Positions 20,723-30,477 of a stretch of 64,000 nucleotides of DNA are shown here, piece after piece. Position 1 is the stretch's first letter, and each line of letters opens with the position of its first letter. Origin of the DNA: Bacteroidales bacterium (lineage in GTDB: Bacteria; Bacteroidota; Bacteroidia; Bacteroidales; UBA12077). The stretch covers positions 11,833 through 75,832 of the forward strand of contig DMBU01000193.1 of NCBI GenBank assembly GCA_003446015.1, given 5' to 3'. Both the position numbers and the translations under genes were made by a program. The notes below the pieces were generated by a model. The model ran no database searches. It worked only from the letters and a program-made list of their open reading frames with translations, and had not been told where the DNA came from.

Positions 20723-21038
20723 AAAACAAGTAAAAAACTGGTATTACCACGAAAACAAAATGCATTCAAATTTGTATACATATTATGGAATCCATTTAAT
20801 ATGGTGTGATTAGAGAGCATAATGTAAATCGAAATATTAAATGTACTGGTTTGTGCGATCAAATATAATTCAATTTAAAATATACAATAACAGATTAAAA
20901 CAGAACCTTAAATTAAAGGTTCAATTTTCATTGATTTATGTAATCATCTAATCTGTTTAATATTAGCGGGTTCTAACAATTTAACAACCACAAGTTGATT
21001 TTAGCATTTGTGGAAATATAAATTTAAAAGTTAAAGTT

Positions 21039-22052
21039 ATGGGCTGCGAAAGTTGTGATTTTAAAAATAGAATTAAAGAAGAGTTTAATGCAATCAAAGT
21101 AACTGAAAAATATTTAAATTCTTGTACTAAATTAAATTCTTATAGTTGGTTAGACGAACTTCCCGACACATCTGAGAAATCAAATCTTGTTGAAGTGCGA
21201 TTCAAAAACACAAGAAAAGAGTTTTTCGAAAATTCAAACAAGTTAAGGTTAACAAGAGGCGATATTATAGCAGTTGAAGCTATGAAGGGCCATGATGTTG
21301 GAATTGTTACTTTGCTGGGTAGTATGGCATTATTGCAGTTTAAGAGAAAAACAGCCGATCTGCAAAATTACATGATACGTAGGATCTATCGAAAAGCAAC
21401 ACCAGATGATGTAGAAAAGTGGAAAAGAGGCAAAGAACAGGAAAATTCAACTATGATAAAAGCACGGGAAATTGCTAATAATCTTAAGTTGGACATGAAA
21501 ATTAGTGATGTTGAATATCAAGGCGATAATACTAGAGCCATATTCTATTATATTGCCGAAGGCCGAATCGACTATAGAGAGTTGATAAAAGTTTTTGCTA
21601 AGGAGTTTAACATTCAAATTGAAATGAAACAGATTGGGGCAAGGCAGGAGGCTGGACTTATAGGAGGATTAGGCTCATGCGGTAGAGAGTTATGTTGTTC
21701 AACCTGGAAAACCAATCTGAATTCAGTTCCTATAGATGTTTCCAGAATACAGGATTTATCACCGAAAGCACAATTCCTTACAGGGAAATGCGGAAGACTT
21801 AAATGTTGTTTAATGTACGAGTTGGATGATTATTTAGAAGCATGGGAAGATTTTCCTGAACATCTTCTTCAACTTGAAACTGAAAAAGGAATTGCATACA
21901 AGCAAAAACTTGATGTGCTAAATAAAAAGGTCTGGTATTCTTACAAAAATGATTACACATCAGAACTTATTCCTGTAACAACAATAAGGATCAGAGAAAT
22001 CATTATGATGAACAAAAAAGGTCAAAAACCAAAAGATTTAGATCAATCATAA
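21039..22052 (+). CDS. PSP1-domain protein (YaaT/RicT-like).
   Basis: 'RAIFYYIAEGRIDYRELIKVFAKEFNIQIEMKQIGARQEAGLIGGLGSCGRELCCSTW' is the PSP1 C-terminal domain with its Cys cluster. Confidence 0.85.
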   Translation: MGCESCDFKNRIKEEFNAIKVTEKYLNSCTKLNSYSWLDELPDTSEKSNLVEVRFKNTRKEFFENSNKLRLTRGDIIAVEAMKGHDVGIVTLLGSMALLQFKRKTADLQNYMIRRIYRKATPDDVEKWKRGKEQENSTMIKAREIANNLKLDMKISDVEYQGDNTRAIFYYIAEGRIDYRELIKVFAKEFNIQIEMKQIGARQEAGLIGGLGSCGRELCCSTWKTNLNSVPIDVSRIQDLSPKAQFLTGKCGRLKCCLMYELDDYLEAWEDFPEHLLQLETEKGIAYKQKLDVLNKKVWYSYKNDYTSELIPVTTIRIREIIMMNKKGQKPKDLDQS

Positions 22053-22089
22053 AAAATTGAGCACTATCTCATAAACTGTATAAATAAAA

Positions 22090-22115
22090 ATATCGGTAGT
22101 TGCAACCACCGATAT
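22090..22115. terminator. Bidirectional hairpin between the convergent PSP1 and lipA genes.
   Basis: ATATCGGT(A)GTTG/CAAC(C)ACCGATAT near-perfect palindrome, flanked by an A-run upstream and T-rich sequence downstream. Confidence 0.55.
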
Positions 22116-22168
22116 TGTTTAGTATTTGATTTTATAAACAAAAAAATAAAAATCAAAGCAGGTGTAAT

Positions 22169-23041
22169 TTATCTTAAGTTTAAAATGTCTACATGTTTTT
22201 CTGCATGGTAAGACGACCTGATAAGGGGACCGCTTTCAACATACTTGAATCCTTTCGAAATGCCTAGTTCTTTATACGCTTTGAAAACTTCAGGTTTTAC
22301 ATACTCTACCAATTTGGTATGTCGCTCCGAAGGTGGCAGATACTGCCCTATGGTCAATACCTTTACACCAACCTGTAATAAATCATCCATAGTTTTGGAA
22401 ACTTCATCAAATTTTTCACCTAAACCAAGCATAAACCCGCTTTTAGCTACTTGCCCCGATTGAGCTATATATTCCAGAACTTTTAAACTTTTCTCATATG
22501 TAGCTAAACTCCTTATATTAGGACTGATTCTTTCAACGGTTTCAATATTGTGAGAGATAACTTCTGGTTTTTCGTAGATTATCAGATCTAACAAATCATG
22601 ATTATTACTAAAATCCGGAATTAAGGTTTCCATGCTTATGCCTGGGTTCATTTCTCTCACTGTTCTGATGGTATAAGCCCAGAATTTGGCTCCTTGATCT
22701 TCCAGATCATCCCTGGCAACTGAAGTTATAACACAATGTTTAAGTTTCAACGTTTTAATAGATTCAGCTAAGCGTAAAGCTTCACCCCAATCAACGGGAT
22801 CGGGCATAAGCGATTTAACATAACAAAAACGACAATTTCTTGTACATTTTTCTCCGAGAATCATAAATGTAGCTGTACCGGCATTCCAACATTCCGCTTT
22901 ATTGGGACAGTTACCACTGCTACAGATGGTATTTAAATCATGTTCTTCGATTAAATTCTTTATTCTAGAATATTCCCCACCTTTTGGAAGTGGGACCTTC
23001 ATCCAATGTGGTAATCGGGTTTTATCTGTTTTTATGCTCAT
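22169..23041 (-). CDS. lipA: Lipoyl synthase.
   Basis: 'CSSGNCPNKAECW' N-terminal cluster, 'CTRNCRFCYV' radical-SAM CxxxCxxC, and C-terminal 'RSSYHA'. Confidence 0.95.
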   Translation of the reverse strand: MSIKTDKTRLPHWMKVPLPKGGEYSRIKNLIEEHDLNTICSSGNCPNKAECWNAGTATFMILGEKCTRNCRFCYVKSLMPDPVDWGEALRLAESIKTLKLKHCVITSVARDDLEDQGAKFWAYTIRTVREMNPGISMETLIPDFSNNHDLLDLIIYEKPEVISHNIETVERISPNIRSLATYEKSLKVLEYIAQSGQVAKSGFMLGLGEKFDEVSKTMDDLLQVGVKVLTIGQYLPPSERHTKLVEYVKPEVFKAYKELGISKGFKYVESGPLIRSSYHAEKHVDILNLR

Positions 23042-23132
23042 ATTCTTAAGACTTATATATTATAATTAATGAACAATCCAATTTTCGCATTGTTTAAAAT
23101 ATTCAGATAAAAAAGAACTTAATTGATTTATA

Positions 23133-23816
23133 ATGAATAAAAATAGTTCTATGCCAACCGTTAAATCTTCTAAAAATATGGTTGCGATTAAACAAATTCG
23201 TTTTTTAACCGATCATACTTTTGTTTTAAGACTTGACAGGACAGATTTTAATTTTAAACCCGGACAACATCTAACATTAGGTGTTAATAATTCCTTGCAA
23301 CACAGGGAGTATTCAATTTATAGTGGCGATAAAGATGATTACCTTGAAATACTGGTCAGGGAAATACTGGAAGGTGATATTTCTGTTCAGTTAAAGAATG
23401 TTCAAGTCGGGCAACCTGTTGAGATAAATGGTCCCTTTGGTATTCTAAGAATTAACGAAGAAGATTTACCTGACAAGAAGTTTATATTAATTGCTACTGG
23501 TACTGGTATTGCTCCATTTCATAGCTTTGTCAGATCATATAAAAATATGGATTATACAATTATTCATGGTGTTAAATACTCCAACGAGGCTTATGAAAAA
23601 TCAGAATACGATTTTCATCGATATGTTCTATGTACTTCAAGAGAAAAAAAAGAAGGTTTTCAGGGCAGAGTAACAGATTATTTAAGAAAAATCCCCGTTA
23701 CTCCTGATATGCGGTTTTATATCTGTGGAAACAGTAAAATGATTTATGAGGTTTATAGTATTCTTAGGAATAAGGGAGTACAAACGAATGATATATTTTC
23801 AGAAGTTTATTTTTAG
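23133..23816 (+). CDS. Ferredoxin-NADP(+) reductase-like FAD/NAD(P)-binding oxidoreductase.
   Basis: 'HREYSIYS' (RxYS FAD motif) and 'LIATGTGIAPFHSF' (NAD(P)-binding GTGIAP). About 220 aa, two-domain FNR fold. The start codon is uncertain. Confidence 0.75.
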   Translation: MNKNSSMPTVKSSKNMVAIKQIRFLTDHTFVLRLDRTDFNFKPGQHLTLGVNNSLQHREYSIYSGDKDDYLEILVREILEGDISVQLKNVQVGQPVEINGPFGILRINEEDLPDKKFILIATGTGIAPFHSFVRSYKNMDYTIIHGVKYSNEAYEKSEYDFHRYVLCTSREKKEGFQGRVTDYLRKIPVTPDMRFYICGNSKMIYEVYSILRNKGVQTNDIFSEVYF

Positions 23817-23852
23817 TTTAATTATTTTTAAAATAACAAAGCTGAATAATTA

Positions 23853-25139
23853 ATGAAATACAAAATAGCATTTAAAACTTTAGGATGCAGGTTAAATCAG
23901 TATGAAACAGAAGCTTTGGCATCGCAGTTTCATCGTGAGGGTTACAAGGTAGTAGAATTTAACGATAAGGCAGATGTTTATGTTGTAAATACATGTACTG
24001 TAACAAATCAAAGCGACAAAAAATCCAGAAAAATTATACAAAGTGCATCAACTGGAAATAACAATTCAGTATTAGTGGTTACAGGTTGCATGACTAATAA
24101 TCATGAAAGTGAACTGAATAATAATAACCAAATTACTTATCTGGTTAAAAACGAACACAAAAATTCGATTTATTCTATTGTTAATGCTCATTTTCAAGGA
24201 GAAATATTCTCACAGGAAGTGCTAAACCAAAATTTATTTAATTACCAGCCTACTGAACAAATTTTTCATACGAGGAGTATGATAAAAATTCAGGATGGTT
24301 GTGATAATATGTGTAGTTTTTGCATAATTCCAATGGTTAGGGGGAGAGCAGTTAGTCGACCTGTGAATGATGTTTTAGAGAATATTAGCAGAAATATAAA
24401 AAAAGGTTATAAGGAAATAACCCTAACGGGTGTTAATATAAGTCGATATATGTATGGTAATATTGATTTTACAGAATTGGTTGAAAAAATATTAAAATTA
24501 CCAGGCGATTTTAGAGTTAGATTCTCATCTATGGAACCAGACGGATTAGATGACCGATTTATTGATTTATTTCAGAATCCTAAATTGTGCCATCATTTGC
24601 ATTTGTGTTTACAAAACGGTTCAGATAAGGTTCTACTGCGAATGAGAAGAATGTATACAACAGATTCATATTACGAGCTTATTAATAAAATAAAATCAAA
24701 ATATCCTGATTTTAATTTTACTACAGACATTATGGTTGGGTTTCCTGGAGAAACTGATGAAGATTTTAATCAAACATGTGATATGGTAAAAAAAATTGGG
24801 TTTTCTCATATACATACTTTTAAGTACTCGGTGCGAAATAATACACGGGCTGCGCGAATGGCAGACCAAATCTCGGAAAAAGTAAAAGATGAGAGGAGCA
24901 AGATAATACGTAAAATTTCTGATTCAAATAAACAAAATTATTATAAATCTTTCATTGGAAAAAGCCAGATTGTTATTCCTGAAAAAACTAATAAGAATGG
25001 TTTTACTAAAGGATACGGAGAAAATTACATTCCTGTAAAAATTAAATCCGGGAGTTGTTTAACAAACGAATATCAGTCTGTAAAAATTATCGGAATAGAT
25101 AGTAATGAACGTGTATTATTAGGGGAAATCTGTAACTGA
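23853..25139 (+). CDS. mtaB: tRNA (t6A37) methylthiotransferase MtaB.
   Basis: MTTase N-domain 'FKTLGCRLNQYETEA...VVNTCTVT', radical-SAM 'CDNMCSFCIIP', and a C-terminal TRAM-like region. Confidence 0.85.
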   Translation: MKYKIAFKTLGCRLNQYETEALASQFHREGYKVVEFNDKADVYVVNTCTVTNQSDKKSRKIIQSASTGNNNSVLVVTGCMTNNHESELNNNNQITYLVKNEHKNSIYSIVNAHFQGEIFSQEVLNQNLFNYQPTEQIFHTRSMIKIQDGCDNMCSFCIIPMVRGRAVSRPVNDVLENISRNIKKGYKEITLTGVNISRYMYGNIDFTELVEKILKLPGDFRVRFSSMEPDGLDDRFIDLFQNPKLCHHLHLCLQNGSDKVLLRMRRMYTTDSYYELINKIKSKYPDFNFTTDIMVGFPGETDEDFNQTCDMVKKIGFSHIHTFKYSVRNNTRAARMADQISEKVKDERSKIIRKISDSNKQNYYKSFIGKSQIVIPEKTNKNGFTKGYGENYIPVKIKSGSCLTNEYQSVKIIGIDSNERVLLGEICN

Positions 25140-25428
25140 TTAATGCAATCTATTCTCGGATATTGTTTTATTCTGAATTTAAATTAAATGCAGTATTGGA
25201 TTCTTATTAGTTCATCCCACCGCGAAAAAATTAAACTATTTGTGTTATCAAATAGTTACAAGTAAAGCGCTAAAAATTATGAAAATAGAATAATTCATTT
25301 CTTTTTGACTGTCATAAAATTTAAGAATCTTTTTCGAATTCTTACACCTTATTTACATTGGATTTTTATTTATAAAATAACTGTTTCGTTAAAAATAATT
25401 ATCTTCGATTTTCTTTAAAGTAAATTAT

Positions 25429-26334
25429 ATGATTAGCAAAACAATAAAACTATTTATTCTTTTTTTTTCTATTTCATTAATAGTTAAAGCACAGCAAGAT
25501 AATTTAAAGTACCTTGACTATAACAACCTTATAACAAGTCCTGATGTATTTTTTGATAAAAAATCTTTCAATCCATCATATACCGGAGATACAGTAAAAT
25601 TAAAAGCAAACCTCAAAAAGATGACCTACTGGCTAGGTTATGAAGACTCTAAAGATCTTACTGGTATCTCAATTGAAACATATATGAGAAAAAACAATTC
25701 AGGAATTGGAGTTTTATATCTATACGATAAAGATTTCTTTAAAAGTCATGTATTGAAGTTTGATTATAACTATCGTTTTACTATTAATGATAAAATTAAA
25801 GTAAGGACAGCTATTTCTTTAGGTATTAATCATTATACACTTATTGATGAAATAATTACTTATGAACCTGATCCTCTTCTTGCTAACAATAATGATTGGT
25901 GTGATCATCCTATTCTTTCAGTCGGGACTCTGTTAAATTTTAAAAGACACGAACTTGGAATAACTTACGCTGATATATTTAATTTTGATTTAACATCAAC
26001 TAACTGGTCCGACCCTAAAATTTTCAACAATTATTTTGTAATTAACTATAATTATAAGTTTCAGTTAACTGAGACCATTATATTAACTCCTGAAATAATT
26101 AATTACTGGAATCCTGATTATAACATTTGGATAATTACTTCATCGGCTTCGTTTAAAAACAGAATCTACACCGGAATTTTATTGCGATCTAATAATGATT
26201 TTGGATTTATGTTCGGAGGAAGACCCTGGAAGAGACTTAAAATGAGCTATGTGTATACCTATAATGACAAGAATATTGATATTTCGGGTTTAAACTATGG
26301 ATTTCAAGGAATTAATTTTAGTTTTATTCTATAA
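25429..26334 (+). CDS. PorP/SprF-family type IX secretion system membrane protein (probable).
   Basis: 301 aa with a signal peptide ending 'VKAQQD'. 'FNPSYTG' is near the N-terminus, as in PorP/SprF. The remainder is beta-barrel-like. Confidence 0.55.
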   Translation: MISKTIKLFILFFSISLIVKAQQDNLKYLDYNNLITSPDVFFDKKSFNPSYTGDTVKLKANLKKMTYWLGYEDSKDLTGISIETYMRKNNSGIGVLYLYDKDFFKSHVLKFDYNYRFTINDKIKVRTAISLGINHYTLIDEIITYEPDPLLANNNDWCDHPILSVGTLLNFKRHELGITYADIFNFDLTSTNWSDPKIFNNYFVINYNYKFQLTETIILTPEIINYWNPDYNIWIITSSASFKNRIYTGILLRSNNDFGFMFGGRPWKRLKMSYVYTYNDKNIDISGLNYGFQGINFSFIL

Positions 26335-26960
26335 TGAATGCATTTTGGGAAAATTTATTTACAGAACAAGGCACTCTTTGGGATTTTCATCCCTCAGACT
26401 CAGCATTAATTGCTCTTGAACTTTTTCGCAAAAATAATTTGAATAAGATTCTTATTCCAGGTGTAGGTTACGGTCGCAATGCTAAACCCTTTTATGATGC
26501 AGGCTTCGAGAACACAGGAATTGAAATTTCAAAAGCTGCAATACATTTAGCAAAGGAAAATCAACTAGACTTTAAAATCCATCATGGTTCATTAACTGAC
26601 ATGCCTTTTGATAATGACTTTTATGAAGCTATCTTTTGTTATGCAACACTGCATTTATTTAATAAGCAAGACAGACAACATATTCTTAAAAATTGTTTTA
26701 ATCAATTACAAAAAAATGGATTGATGTTTTTTAATGTAGTTTCTGTTGATTCAATGATTAATTTTTCGGGTGAGAAAACAGGAGAAAATAGTATTAAACT
26801 AAAAAATAGCTTAGACGTTAATTTTTATAATTTGAATGAAATAGAATCAGAATTCAAAAGCTATAATATAATTAAAATCTCAAAGATTGCTGAACCAATT
26901 AAGCACATGAAAAACCAACAAGCTTTGCAATGTTTCAATGTAATTTGTCAAAAAAATTAA
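26334..26960 (+). CDS. Class I SAM-dependent methyltransferase.
   Basis: Motif I-like 'KILIPGVGYGRNA', then 'FDNDFYEAIFCYATLHLF' and 'LQKNGLMFFNV'. Its start overlaps the PorP/SprF-like stop by 1 nt (TAATG). Confidence 0.7.
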   Translation: MNAFWENLFTEQGTLWDFHPSDSALIALELFRKNNLNKILIPGVGYGRNAKPFYDAGFENTGIEISKAAIHLAKENQLDFKIHHGSLTDMPFDNDFYEAIFCYATLHLFNKQDRQHILKNCFNQLQKNGLMFFNVVSVDSMINFSGEKTGENSIKLKNSLDVNFYNLNEIESEFKSYNIIKISKIAEPIKHMKNQQALQCFNVICQKN

Positions 26961-27031
26961 ATATATTTAACATTATTGGATTTTTGTTGTTATTTAATAT
27001 TCTTTAATTATAATTTTTAAAAATACGAATT

Positions 27032-27847
27032 ATGAATTTAACTGATTTACTCGATTATAATCCAATATTGTTAGCCTTATTTGCAACACTTTTTACATGG
27101 GGGCTTACTGCTCTTGGATCATCAATGGTATTTTTTTTTAAAAAAATAAATCAAAAGATTCTTAACTCAATGCTTGGATTTGCTGCCGGAGTGATGATTG
27201 CTGCAAGTTTTTGGTCATTGCTGAAACCTTCAATAGAAATGGCAGAAGAGAGTGGTGTAATCTCCTGGGTCCCTGCAGTAGTTGGATTCTTATTAGGTGG
27301 AGCTTTTTTGTTATTGATAGACAATATTCTTCCGCATTTACATTTAGGCTTAACAAAAGATAAAGCCGAAGGTATTAAAACTACCTGGCAACGAAGCGTT
27401 TTACTCGTATTAGCAATAACACTTCATAATATTCCGGAAGGTTTAGCTGTAGGTGTTGCATTTGGAGCATTAGCGAATAATCCGGATACCGGAATTTTAG
27501 CCGGTGCTATAGCTTTAGCCATAGGTATTGGATTGCAGAATTTTCCTGAAGGTGCTGCCGTTTCAATCCCATTGCGACGTGAAGGTTTTTCAAGGTTCAA
27601 AGCTTTTAACTACGGTCAGCTATCGGGCGTTGTGGAACCTATTGCAGGAGTGTTAGGAGCTTATTTAGTATTACACATTACTCCTTTATTACCCTATGCA
27701 CTTGCTTTTGCTGCCGGTGCAATGATCTTTGTAGTTGTTGAAGAATTAATCCCTGAATCGCAGACAGGGAATGAAACAGATTGGTCGACCATAGGAGCCA
27801 TGTTGGGGTTTGCTACAATGATGTTCCTTGATGTGGCTTTAGGATAA
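27032..27847 (+). CDS. ZIP-family divalent metal (zinc) transporter, ZupT-like.
   Basis: '[19 protein letters not shown]' and '[14 protein letters not shown]' are paired ZIP signatures. 8 TM helices. Confidence 0.9.
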   Translation: MNLTDLLDYNPILLALFATLFTWGLTALGSSMVFFFKKINQKILNSMLGFAAGVMIAASFWSLLKPSIEMAEESGVISWVPAVVGFLLGGAFLLLIDNILPHLHLGLTKDKAEGIKTTWQRSVLLVLAITLHNIPEGLAVGVAFGALANNPDTGILAGAIALAIGIGLQNFPEGAAVSIPLRREGFSRFKAFNYGQLSGVVEPIAGVLGAYLVLHITPLLPYALAFAAGAMIFVVVEELIPESQTGNETDWSTIGAMLGFATMMFLDVALG

Positions 27848-28135
27848 AACATTTATCTGACGATTTTTAATACTACTTAATCACATTTCCTTTAAACAAA
27901 AGGACATATTCTTTTTTATCTTAAATGTTAGTGTGAAATAATATCAATATGATACAACTTTGTTCAAAATGATAAAATTTCATATACATATTATCCTTCT
28001 CAACACTTTGTAAGTTTCAGTAAATCAATAATAAGCATGTAATTATAACCTGTCTGGCATTCCAGGAATGGTTTTTGAACGAATGCTACCACAGTTTGTA
28101 TAATTAATGTAGAATTTAAAAAAAAGGATTTGAGT

Positions 28136-28927
28136 ATGAAAAAGTTAATTTATGTTGTAATAGCATTATTTATTTTTAGTGCATGTAACCAGGATGATAA
28201 TAAAAGTTCTCAAAATGCCGTATTAAGTGTTCGGTTAACGGATGCACCTGCAGATTATCAGGAAGTATTAATAGATATTCAGGATGTAATGATAAATACT
28301 TCAAACGAAGATAATCCGGAAGGATGGCAAAGTTTGGATATTATGTATCCCGGTGTTTACAATTTACTTGATTTTACCAATGGACTTGATACCTTATTGG
28401 TAGAACAAGAATTACCGGCAGGAACTATTTCTCAAGTGAGATTGGTGCTTGGAGATAATAATCAGGTAAAAATGAATGGTGAATATTATGACATTAAAAC
28501 ACCATCAGCGCAAAGTTCAGGTCTAAAATTAAATCTTCATGCCGTTCTTTCAGAAGGTTTAACTTACACTCTTTGGATTGATTTTGATGCAGGTCGCTCA
28601 ATAGTGGAAGAAGGTAACGGAACTTTCCTGCTTAAACCAGTTATTAGAGCTTATACTGAAGCAAGTGATGGTGCAATTACAGGAGTTGTTGAACCTATTG
28701 AAGCAAGACCTTATGTTATGGTAATTTCCGCAAATAACGATACAACAGGAACGTTTGCAGATACTATAAGTGGTAAATTTTTAATAGGGGGTCTGAATGA
28801 TGGAACATATATGATAAATTTTAAACCGATTGAAGAATATATGCCAGTAGAAATGGAAAATGTTAATGTTCTTAAAGGCGAAATTACAGAAGTTGATACT
28901 GTGAGATTTGAAATGGTAATGAACTAA
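28136..28927 (+). CDS. DUF4382-domain lipoprotein.
   Basis: Lipobox 'LFIFSAC'. 'VLSVRLTDAPADYQEVLIDIQDVMIN' is a typical DUF4382 opening. The C-terminal part is Ig/CarboxypepD_reg-like. The track start is TTG at 28130; ATG at 28136 is preferred. Confidence 0.65.
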   Translation: MKKLIYVVIALFIFSACNQDDNKSSQNAVLSVRLTDAPADYQEVLIDIQDVMINTSNEDNPEGWQSLDIMYPGVYNLLDFTNGLDTLLVEQELPAGTISQVRLVLGDNNQVKMNGEYYDIKTPSAQSSGLKLNLHAVLSEGLTYTLWIDFDAGRSIVEEGNGTFLLKPVIRAYTEASDGAITGVVEPIEARPYVMVISANNDTTGTFADTISGKFLIGGLNDGTYMINFKPIEEYMPVEMENVNVLKGEITEVDTVRFEMVMN

Positions 28928-28970
28928 TAATTTGTTCTATTCAGAGCACCCTGTAAATAGGGATGAAAAG

Positions 28971-29002
28971 CTGATCTTACTTAATGGTAAGGTCAGTTTT
29001 TT
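28971..29002 (+). terminator. Rho-independent terminator after the DUF4382 gene.
   Basis: CTGATCTTAC-TTAATG-GTAAGGTCAG forms a 10-bp stem with one G.U pair, followed by TTTTTT. Confidence 0.8.
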
Positions 29003-29024
29003 ATTTATAAATATCTCAGGAAAG

Positions 29025-29816
29025 CTAATTCCATTTACTCAGATTTGTTTCAATAAAATCAACAATCTGATTGTTTTGCTCTTTTCCTTTACCTGTAATT
29101 TCTATTGGTTCACCTATGGTAATGTAAATTTCACGATCTCTCCGAATCGGACCTAAATCTTTAATCAGCTTCCCGTTTCCCCAGAAATCTGTTTTTATAG
29201 CCATGGGAATAACTTTAACCCCTGTTGATTTTGCAAGTTTAACTCCCAGGGAGTTAAACTCCTCAGGGATAAAGGTTTCTCTTCGTCCTCCTTGCGGAAA
29301 AATAACAACAGAAATACCTTTTTCAATAAACTCTTTTCCTTTATTCATAACATACATTAGGTCCTCTCGGGAATTCGAACGTTCCACTGCAATCGGGTCA
29401 CGTGCTCTCATAACCGGACCAAATAAAAAATGCCGTGCTAAACTTGCCTTTACAACAAATGTTACTTCCATAAATGGAGCGATGATGGCTGGAAATATCA
29501 TCGATTCCATAGCGCTCATATGGTTACTTACTATAACTACAGGCTCATCGCAATTTCTGAAATTGTCAAATCCTTCGATATGAAATTTACCACCACAATG
29601 TTCAATCAGCTTTACGACATCATACGAAGATTCTGCCCAGGCTTTTCTATTATAGATTCCTTTTAATGCTAATTTGCGACTAACAAATATGAGTTGAATG
29701 TATTTTAATACAAAATAAATTCGTGTATTAAGGAAAAGTTTATCAATTAACTTTCTGGAGTTAGGTCTTGTAGTATAATGATTCTCAGTAAAAAAATCCA
29801 GATTCAAATTTCCCAT
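29025..29816 (-). CDS. Lysophospholipid (1-acyl-sn-glycerol-3-phosphate) acyltransferase, PlsC family.
   Basis: 'VIVSNHMSAMES' (HX4D/E-type block I), 'VVIFPQGGR' (block III-like) and 'VKVIPMAI'. Confidence 0.8.
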   Translation of the reverse strand: MGNLNLDFFTENHYTTRPNSRKLIDKLFLNTRIYFVLKYIQLIFVSRKLALKGIYNRKAWAESSYDVVKLIEHCGGKFHIEGFDNFRNCDEPVVIVSNHMSAMESMIFPAIIAPFMEVTFVVKASLARHFLFGPVMRARDPIAVERSNSREDLMYVMNKGKEFIEKGISVVIFPQGGRRETFIPEEFNSLGVKLAKSTGVKVIPMAIKTDFWGNGKLIKDLGPIRRDREIYITIGEPIEITGKGKEQNNQIVDFIETNLSKWN

Positions 29817-29931
29817 TTATATAAGGTTTATTAGGATAAGCGAAAATAAGTAAAAATTCAAAATACACATAAAAAAAGATGGTAAAGAAATTAATCAATA
29901 ACCATCTAAATCATTTATAGTATTATGAAAA

Positions 29932-30465
29932 TTACTTTTCAACTTCAATTAGTACATCATCTTTCATAACATTGTCGTTTGCATGAAAGTTAATTTTGTT
30001 AATTTTTCCGTGTATGGTCGAAAGAATTTCATTTTGCATCTTCATTGCTTCTAAGATAAGTAAGGGTTCACCTTCTTTTATTTCCTGATTTTCTTCAACC
30101 AAAAATTCAACAATTTTCCCTGGCATAGGAGCTTGAACTCGTTCAACTTTTGTTTCCTGTTTGTTTTTATCAAGAAATTTTCGTCTTTTATAAGAGAAGG
30201 GAGACTCAACCGAAATTGAATAACTTACTCCATTTACAAGTACTTCATATTGATTTTGATTTTTTTCAATAATATCAACAATATACTTTTTCTTTTTCCA
30301 TATTAAATATACAAAACCCTGTTTGTCAGATATTATTTCAATAGGAATGTTTTCTTTACCTTGTTTTATGTAAAGCTCTTTTGGATTAATAAACTCATAC
30401 TTTTTATTCTTGTTTGTACAAGCAATGAATTTCTGTTTACTTTTCTTAGATTTTGAGAACATCAT
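29932..30465 (-). CDS. Biotin carboxyl carrier (biotin/lipoyl attachment) protein.
   Basis: C-terminal 'PMPGKIVEFLV...GEPLLILEAMKMQNEI' carries the biotinyl-Lys AMKM motif. Lys-rich N-terminal extension. Confidence 0.8.
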   Translation of the reverse strand: MMFSKSKKSKQKFIACTNKNKKYEFINPKELYIKQGKENIPIEIISDKQGFVYLIWKKKKYIVDIIEKNQNQYEVLVNGVSYSISVESPFSYKRRKFLDKNKQETKVERVQAPMPGKIVEFLVEENQEIKEGEPLLILEAMKMQNEILSTIHGKINKINFHANDNVMKDDVLIEVEK

Positions 30466-30477
30466 AATTTCAAGGTT

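Noticed and set aside
20659-20862. 67-aa minus-strand ORF in the spacer between the DUF5916 and PSP1 genes.
   Set aside because: It overlaps the 3' end and terminator of the DUF5916 gene and has no recognisable motif or RBS. I treat the region as non-coding, possibly an sRNA (see findings).
28932-29156. 74-aa ORF (TTG start) after the DUF4382 gene.
   Set aside because: It spans a strong rho-independent terminator (28971..29002) and then runs antisense into the 3' end of the acyltransferase gene. It is most likely non-coding.
29203-29583. 126-aa ORF antisense to the PlsC-family acyltransferase gene.
   Set aside because: It is fully nested antisense to a gene with clear acyltransferase motifs and has no independent signals. 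The same applies to 22245..22463, 23491..23673, 27162..27356, 32043..32255, 33344..33538, 34046..34252, 35403..35591, 38769..39158, 42858..43046, 43599..43817, 44997..45203, 46092..46331, 46448..46657, 46981..47172, 48130..48342, 48277..48588, 49100..49285, 49459..49704, 49987..50256, 55727..55909, 56371..56589, 57663..57980, 58138..58347, 58762..59130 and 61394..61711.
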